A stretch of 64,000 nucleotides of DNA from Tetramitus jugosus. Its lineage: Eukaryota > Protista > Heterolobosea. The translations under genes were made by a program, and so were the position numbers. Location of the stretch: contig OW569345.1 in NCBI GenBank assembly GCA_937625935.1, positions 124,001 to 188,000 on the forward strand, written 5' to 3'. The notes under the pieces were generated by a model. That model worked only from the letters and a program-made list of their open reading frames with translations. It had not been told where the DNA came from and ran no database searches. The stretch's first letter is position 1. Each line of letters opens with the position of its first letter. This document shows, piece after piece, positions 57,371 to 64,000 of the stretch.

Positions 57371-58157
57371 GATGATAATAGCTTGTTGTCTATATGATTA
57401 TGTACAATGTTTTCTGGTGTTTTAACTATGAAGCCGAGATCAATTCCGGATCGCTTTTATGTGATTCCGATCAAGCGGAATTTTCTGGTCGGAACATTGC
57501 GGAATGGTTAAACTCGCTCATTCCACACTGGCTCCAAAATGACAATTGTTTTCTCGGCAAGAGAATCTTCAGTGTATCGATACACCGGGTATCACTTCTT
57601 TATCACTGCTTTCTTGAAGAAATGCAAGCTGAAGAAAAACTTCTCGCAGCTGGTGCTGCATTCTTCATCCAAATCATTACTCTTCTACTACGGCTGAATT
57701 GATCTTGAACTTGCTCATTCTTGAAATCAATTATTCACCCACAATTCGAACTCTCTCGTTGTTTGCAGCAATTTTCCGATTTGTATGGAGTTTTACCTCG
57801 GATTCTCCAGTTTCGATTTGCTTATCGGAAGAGTAAATCGAATCTGGCGGGAATCTGACTGTAAGGAGAACGTTCAAATCATCGTTGAACAACAAACAAA
57901 AGCTTTCACTTGGTTTTATCATTTTTGTTTGGAATCATCATCCTCGTATCTGTGTCATAGCATTGGAAGAGAAAACAATCATCATCACGACACAAGAAAA
58001 GACCACACAGTCCAACAACTATCACCACTCCAAAAAATCTTTTTTTGTGATTTTTTTTGGCCAAAGGAAGAATCCGAAGAAATAAGCACGCGCAAAAAAT
58101 ATACAAATAACAACAAGCAACCCTTAAACCACACATAACACACAATCATCATCATTT

Positions 58158-59354
58158 ATGAATCTTTCATCAGATCAAATTGATATTGACAATGGTATCG
58201 ATACCATTCCCTATCATCACTCCTCCAACCAATCGACTCTACACAACAACAACAATATGAATGATCAAAAACACAATAACAATGATGGCAGTGCCAGTGG
58301 TGTTCATCATGAAGAAGACGGCGCAACCAACAATGACAACAACAATGGAGCACCTAAAAAGTCTCGTAAACCAACCAACTATGCCTTTACACAGCAACGT
58401 TTGCGTGCTTGGCAACCCATTCTGAGACCTCCCTATGTCATTGCTACATTTCTCATTCTAACTGCCATTTTTATCCCATTGGGTGTTGTTTTGTTGCTTG
58501 CTTCAAAGAGTGTGATTGAATACGTGGTTCCCTACACCAACAGTTGTACCATGGAGAGAAATGAGACTGTGGGAGGAGCCATGTTGTGTGAAGCAACGAT
58601 ACCATTTACGATTCTAAAGACAATGAAACCACCAGTCTACATTTATTACAAGTTGGACAATTTTTATCAAAATCACAGAATGTATGCCGACAGCAGAGCC
58701 GATGATCAATTGTCTGGTAATGGAAACTCAAAGAAGAGCAGTGTTTCTGATAGTTGCAGCCCTATTGTGACCTATGGCTCTGGTGGAGCAGTGTACAACC
58801 CTTGTGGTCTCATTGCATGGAGCATGTTCAATGACACGTTCACTCTCTCGACAGTCAACACGACTACCAATACCCCAATTGTTGTGTGCGATACGGTGAC
58901 TGAGACTGGTTGTTCCAAGAATGGTATTGCATGGTCCAGTGATCGATCTGTCAAATTCAGACCTCCAAAGACTGCCAACGTCACCAACAGAATGCATCCA
59001 CTGACGTACTACAATGAGAGCAGTCACGTGATTCCAGAGGTGACCGATGAGGACTTTATTGTTTGGATGCGTACTGCTGCTTTGCCAAACTTTAGAAAGT
59101 TGCACAGAATTATCAAGACTGCGATCCAACCGGGCAACTATGAGCTCCAGGTCACTCAGAATTTCCCTGTGAAGCAATTCGGAGGCAAAAAATCGTTTGT
59201 GATTACTACGAGCAGTTGGATCGGAGGCAAGAATTACTTTTTGGCAATTGCCTACCTTGTTGTTGGTGGCGTTTGCTTTGCGTTGGCAGTCGTGTTCGTT
59301 GTTGGTATGATTGTACAAAAGGTCATTGTCGCCAGCCACAACAGAACTGCATAA
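58158..59354 (+). CDS. CDC50: CDC50/LEM3 family P4-ATPase flippase beta subunit
   Basis: FTQQRLRAWQP, YYKLDNFYQNHR, PCGLIAWSMFNDTF, FIVWMRTAALPNFRKL, GGKNYFLAIAY; two TM helices. Confidence 0.93.
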   Translation: MNLSSDQIDIDNGIDTIPYHHSSNQSTLHNNNNMNDQKHNNNDGSASGVHHEEDGATNNDNNNGAPKKSRKPTNYAFTQQRLRAWQPILRPPYVIATFLILTAIFIPLGVVLLLASKSVIEYVVPYTNSCTMERNETVGGAMLCEATIPFTILKTMKPPVYIYYKLDNFYQNHRMYADSRADDQLSGNGNSKKSSVSDSCSPIVTYGSGGAVYNPCGLIAWSMFNDTFTLSTVNTTTNTPIVVCDTVTETGCSKNGIAWSSDRSVKFRPPKTANVTNRMHPLTYYNESSHVIPEVTDEDFIVWMRTAALPNFRKLHRIIKTAIQPGNYELQVTQNFPVKQFGGKKSFVITTSSWIGGKNYFLAIAYLVVGGVCFALAVVFVVGMIVQKVIVASHNRTA

Positions 59355-59406
59355 TAGAACAGAATAGTGATGTTTCTATTTTGAAATCGATTATAATAAA
59401 ATCACT

Positions 59407-62400
59407 TTATCTCCTTGGTTGTTTGCGAACTTTGTACTTGCGGGTAGGTCCAGGCTGTCCGGGCTGTCCAAGTTGTGGCTGATTGCCAGCTGGGAAAGCA
59501 TTGGCTTGAGGAGTCGAGAAGGCTTGTCCAGAGAAAGCTTGCGCAGAGAAAGGATTGCCCGTCTGAGGTGCTGTTGGTTGCTGATTCATTTGGAAGGGAC
59601 TTGCCTGAGGAGCAACGAAGGACTGTGCTGGCTGTCCAGGGAAGGGACTAGAGATACCGGCAGCGGCTGCTGGTTGGAAAGGATTGTTGTTAGCGGCAAA
59701 ACCGGTCTGGTTAGATGCCGCGAACCCATTCGTAGAGGATCCAAAGCCAGCAAACGGATTGGATTGATTCTGTGGTGCAGCAAAGGATGATGATTGTTCA
59801 TTACCCATCGAGTTCAATGCTGGAGCATTGAATGAGGGGGAGGATGCACCACCAAAAGTAAATCCACCACCAGTTGGTTGACTTGTTTGAGCATTCGCTC
59901 CTCCAAATACAAAGACATTTGACTGAGATGGAGCAGAAAAACCGGTTGATGGAGTGGCGAGATCCGTTGTTGCTCCAAAAGCAAAGCCACCAGAAGGAGC
60001 ACTGGTGGTAGGTGTGCTCTTATTGGCATCGAACGCGAAACCAGTGGAGAAAGAAGTCGAATCAGTTGTTTCAGGGGTTGCTGGTAGCTGGAGGCTAGGT
60101 GTTGTTGTTGTTGTGCTACCAAATCCTCCAGATGAGATGCCGCCAAACAAAGGCATGGAAGTTTCACTCTTTGTTTCTGTTGTTTGAGGCAAACCAAAGG
60201 AGAAACTTGACGAAGGAGCAGAGAAGCCTTCCTTTGGTGTGGTGGCCAAGTCCTGTGCTGCTCCAAAAGTAAAGCCTCCAGATGCAGATAAAGAGGATGT
60301 TTCACCAAATTTGATTTCTGAGGAGGATTGGAAAGAACTGGAAGTACCTCCGAAACCAAATGATGAGGGAACAGCTGTTGCTGATGATGTAGTATCGCCT
60401 CCAAATTTGAATCCCTCACTTGGTGCGGCTGTAGTAGTTTCGCTCTTTGGTGTCTCGATAACAGCAGGCTTACTAATCTCTGTGGTTGATCCAAAGCTGA
60501 ATGGAGTGGTAGGTGATGTTTGGAATAGGTTTGATGGTTGCTCGGTTGTAGTCTTATCGGAAGAAGAAGCACCAAAGGTATCGAAGGACAATGGTTGAGC
60601 AGAAATGCTGCTAAAGTCAATATTTTTGACTGCAAAACCGGTTGTGTCTGGTTCCTTTTCTATAGTCTTTGGAGCCTCTGGTGCTTTTTCTGGCTCGGTT
60701 GCCTTGATCTCCAATGAACTTGTTGCGCTCTTATCACCAAAGGAAAAGGCTGAGAATGCATTATTACCAGTGGAAGGTCCGAAAGATGACGAGAATGTTG
60801 TGGAGGAAGTGAATGAAGAAGTAGTGGATGCAAATGTGATTGCAGAGGTGGCAACTTCATCTTTCTTTTCCTTGTCTTGTACTCCAAATGAGAAACCATT
60901 CATAGCAGGAGCCTCAGTAGTATCAGCTGCTTCAGTCTTCTTGTTATCATTCGGGGCATTGAATGAATTGAATGAAAAACCTGCCAAAGGAGATGGTTCA
61001 GGCTCTTTGGTTTCCTTCACTGGTTCTGCCTGTTCTTCTTCGTCTTCCTGTTGAGCAGAGGTACCGGTCTTGGATGGGATTTCAAAGCTGAATCCAGATG
61101 AGAGAGTGGATGGTTGAGTTGTTGGAGGAGCGAATGCTGTGGTAGTAGTCTCCTGATGCTGCTCATCCTTCTTTTCACTGGTGCCAAAACCATCGAATGA
61201 AAAGTTGGTGGAAGCGGAACTGGATGAGAAAGAGAAAGCACTTGAAAGTGCATTTTCCTTCTCCTTCATTTCAGCCAAATTCTTTTGATCCTCGAGATAA
61301 AATTGGTCATCCGCTTCTTTGGCACCCGCTCTGCCATACGGAGAAGCTGATTTCTTAGGCTTCTTCGTTTCAGAAGTGGTATCAATTGGCTTGACAACTG
61401 GAGTGATCTCCTTGCGAGGGGACGCTTGGAATGCTGGTTGTTGAGTAAATGAGAATTCAAATGGTTGTTCAGGTTGTTTCTGTGTCTCTGGTTCCTTTTG
61501 TTTTGGTTGGGGTTCAGGCGATGGTGGTGCCTGTTGTTTCTGGACAGCGACAACCGGTTGTTTTTGTTCTGGTTCGCGCTGAGGTTCAGGTGTCAATGAC
61601 TTTCTAGTCTTTGGTAGTCTTTCAACCAATGATGGTTGCACAGCAGTAGAAGCAGCAGGCATCTCTCTTCTCTTCTTGTGTGGTGTCAGAGCAGATGTAT
61701 CCAATCCCATAAATGGTGGCACATCCTCGAGATCTTGAGACTCATTGTTCAAATCTTGCGATTGTCTTCTCTTTCTCTTTTGTTCAGATGATGACAATTT
61801 TGAGCTGCTTCGCTTGTGAGCAGACAACTCTCTCTCGTATTCATCCTCTTCGAATTGACTTTCTCTGCTCAATTTTGACTTTTTTGCAGAGTCGACAAGT
61901 GTTCTCGTGTCTCTCACCTTGTCATCATACAATGTTTGACTAAATCTTCTCAAGTCAACAATTGGACTACTCAATTGATCCAATGTTTCCAAAATTCTCT
62001 TTGCAGTCTCAGAATGAGAACAAGATGGATCCAAATAATCAATTGCTTGTCTTGTCGATGAAGCACTTCTTCCGCTCATTGAACCGACACTTAACACACT
62101 AGAGTTCATGGCACTTCGATTCATTCTTGATGAGAGGAAAGTGGACGATGGTGTGGCACCTGCTGTCGGTGTTGTTCGTCTCATGATGGACGAAGATGAT
62201 GACGCAGCAGAGGTCGGTGTTCTCATCTCAGCAGCATTCATTCTCATTCTTTCGGATGCCAATGGATGAGGTGTTGATCTTCTGCTGCTCAACAAAGAAC
62301 TGCGTCTTCGATCAGCAGACACTGGTGTGTGTGGCATGGATGGTGGTGTACGGAAGGTGGTCATCTTGGATGAGGATGGAATCGATGGATAAATGGATTC

Positions 62401-63166
62401 ATTCAGATCCATAGCACCACTACTACTACCACCATTTTCAACATGTGATGTTAAAGAGGAGGATGGCTTGTACAATGAAAAGGCAGAGTGCTCCACATGA
62501 TCATCAATGTCCATGGCGGATGATGATTGAGATTCGGCATCATTATCAGATGATGATCTCTTTCTCATAAATGTCTTTACAATTCCAATTGTGTCATGAG
62601 TGTTACTACTAGTTCTTCGAACAGGAACAGGTTTCATGACTGATGGTGCAAAGATGGAAGCATGTCCATTGGTACCACTGCTACTTCCACTCGTATTCAA
62701 CAGTAAACTGCTATCATTGACATTTGTATTGTTGATATTGCTATTGTTGTTGTTGTTGGTGGTGGTGTTTGTGGTGCTTGTGTGGTTGAGGTTCGTGTCT
62801 TGGAAGCCCATGGAAGTTGGCTGTTTGATCACACATGAAAAAAAAATGCATCGTGGTGTAAGCGACCTACTAATACTACTATATTCTGTGCACAACAGTA
62901 AAAAAAATTTTCACACAAAAAAAAACTTGGACACATACCTCAAATTGAATCGATTGAGCAAATTTGAATGGTGCTTGATTGTTGAGCTGAGACAAGGATG
63001 AAAATTCGGATTGATCTCTCGCGGTTTGTTGTTGTCCATCTTCTTCTTCAGTTTGTTGATTCGAAAACCATCCAATCACTCTCTTAAAATAAGATTTGAT
63101 TCCACTAAAGAGTGGATTGTATGGTTCGTCGCTGTGGTCAGATGATTGCCGTCTGATTGCTGGCAT
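59407..63166 (-). CDS. Nuclear basket FG-nucleoporin, Nup153/Nup1/Nup136-like; exons 63166-62939, 62820-59407
   Basis: Many FxFG repeats (FSFG, FKFG, FTFG); SETAKRILETLDQLSSP motif; basic C-terminus RKYKVRKQPRR; GTATGT...CAG phase-0 intron. Confidence 0.8.
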
Positions 63167-63291
63167 TTGAATAAACTTCGTTGAGTGTGAGTTGTTTTTT
63201 TTCTTTTGGTTGTGAATGGAGAAATAAATGTTTCGCGCCTTCAACAAATGTTTCTTTTTATGCTTGAAAGAAGTGAGCGAAAACAAAAGGT

Positions 63292-63365
63292 TACAGGCTA
63301 TGAGAATCGAACTCATGACCTTAACGGTGTAAACGTTACGTTCTAACCGACTGAACTAAGCCTGC
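63292..63365 (-). tRNA. tRNA-Val (anticodon TAC)
   Basis: Reverse complement GCAGGCTTAGTTCAGTCGGTTAGAACGTAACGTTTACACCGTTAAGGTCATGAGTTCGATTCTCATAGCCTGTA folds as a cloverleaf; T4 terminator at 63285-63288. Confidence 0.95.
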
Positions 63366-63396
63366 TTCTGCTAAAAATAGATTTTCGTGCGCGTCT

Positions 63397-63411
63397 TGGG
63401 CGGAGGTATGG
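63397..63411 (+). repeat. Target-site duplication TGGGCGGAGGTATGG (partner 63647-63661)
   Basis: Exact 15-bp direct repeat bracketing the insert. Confidence 0.95.
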
Positions 63412-63646
63412 TAGTACCTCCAGGGAACGATGGGTTTAAGTTTAGAGAACGACGCTGTCGACCAGGTAATGGACGCACTGATAAAAAATGGGATGAAACA
63501 AGAAGTAGCACAGCGAAAGGCCCGTAGTTTTGTGTGCTGGGTAAAGAGTCGCTGCATCACAGTGCTGCACAGACTCTACCAGCAATGGGAAACTAAAAGA
63601 AAGAAGGACAGAGTAATAAAGAGCAACCGCGTGTTGTATTAAAAAA
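63412..63646 (+). mobile_element. Severely 5'-truncated non-LTR retrotransposon (copy 2, 235 bp), inserted 46 nt upstream of tRNA-Val
   Basis: 15-bp TSD TGGGCGGAGGTATGG (63397-63411, 63647-63661); A6 tail; peptide homologous to the copy 1 C-terminus; shared 3' end AATAAA-GAGCAACCG...GTTGTATT-polyA. Confidence 0.92.
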
Positions 63647-63801
63647 TGGGCGGAGGTATGGCGGGCATGGAGGACATCGAGCGAGTGAAACACTGTGGAA
63701 TCATGACTCGCAGTCTAGAATAAAGTGGAAACAGGTGAAGAGAGCGTCACTTCGAAAGAGAACAATTTAGCACAACTCAACCTGATAACTTGTGGTTAAG
63801 T

Positions 63802-64000
63802 TTATTCAAATTCAATCATAACTTGTTCGTTGCTGACGACATCTCCTGACTTAACGTTGACCTTCTTGACAGTGAAGTTATCGCGAGCCTTCAACACGTT
63901 TTGCATCTTCATCGCTTCCATCACAACCAATTCTTGACCAGCCTTAACTTGATCTCCCTCCTTGACAGCGACGGAGACGATAGAACCTGGCATTGGAGCG
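63802..64000 (-). CDS. C-terminal biotinyl domain of a biotin-dependent carboxylase (PCCA/MCCC1-like), partial
   Basis: APMPG...V..GD.V..GQ.L.VMEAMKMQN biotin-attachment motif; gene extends past the window end. Confidence 0.85.
   Translation of the reverse strand, partial: APMPGSIVSVAVKEGDQVKAGQELVVMEAMKMQNVLKARDNFTVKKVNVKSGDVVSNEQVMIEFE

Noticed and set aside
57394-57922. Short ORFs in the ClpB-CDC50 divergent spacer
   Set aside because: Short, contradictory strands and no motifs; at most a decayed remnant.

Overview
Gene-dense eukaryotic (protist) nuclear DNA, roughly 40% GC, with short GT-AG introns and Asn/Gln/Ser low-complexity tracts. My guess at the host is a heterolobosean-like amoeba, but an amoebozoan cannot be excluded. 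There are about 30 protein-coding genes, mostly housekeeping (SR protein, PP6, ClC channel, ADP1-like ABCG, ATG7, kinesin-3, HELQ, DNAJC21, SAE1, CWC15, mitochondrial ClpB, CDC50, Nup153-like, several F-box proteins), and three tRNA genes (Ile-AAT, Phe-GAA, Val-TAC). Main finding: two 5'-truncated copies of a non-LTR retrotransposon family, about 48% identical in their overlapping protein region. Each has a poly(A) tail, a target-site duplication and a shared 3' stem-loop. They sit 49 and 46 nt upstream of tRNA-Phe and tRNA-Val, head-to-head with the tRNA, which is the geometry known for Dictyostelium TRE5. Second finding: a 4.3-kb inverted duplication (2343-6644 vs 48276-52115) with junctions beside tRNA-Ile and in the target window upstream of tRNA-Phe. 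This fits a staggered-break inversion that split an ancestral tandem tRNA pair. All calls are by eye from motifs; no searches were run.
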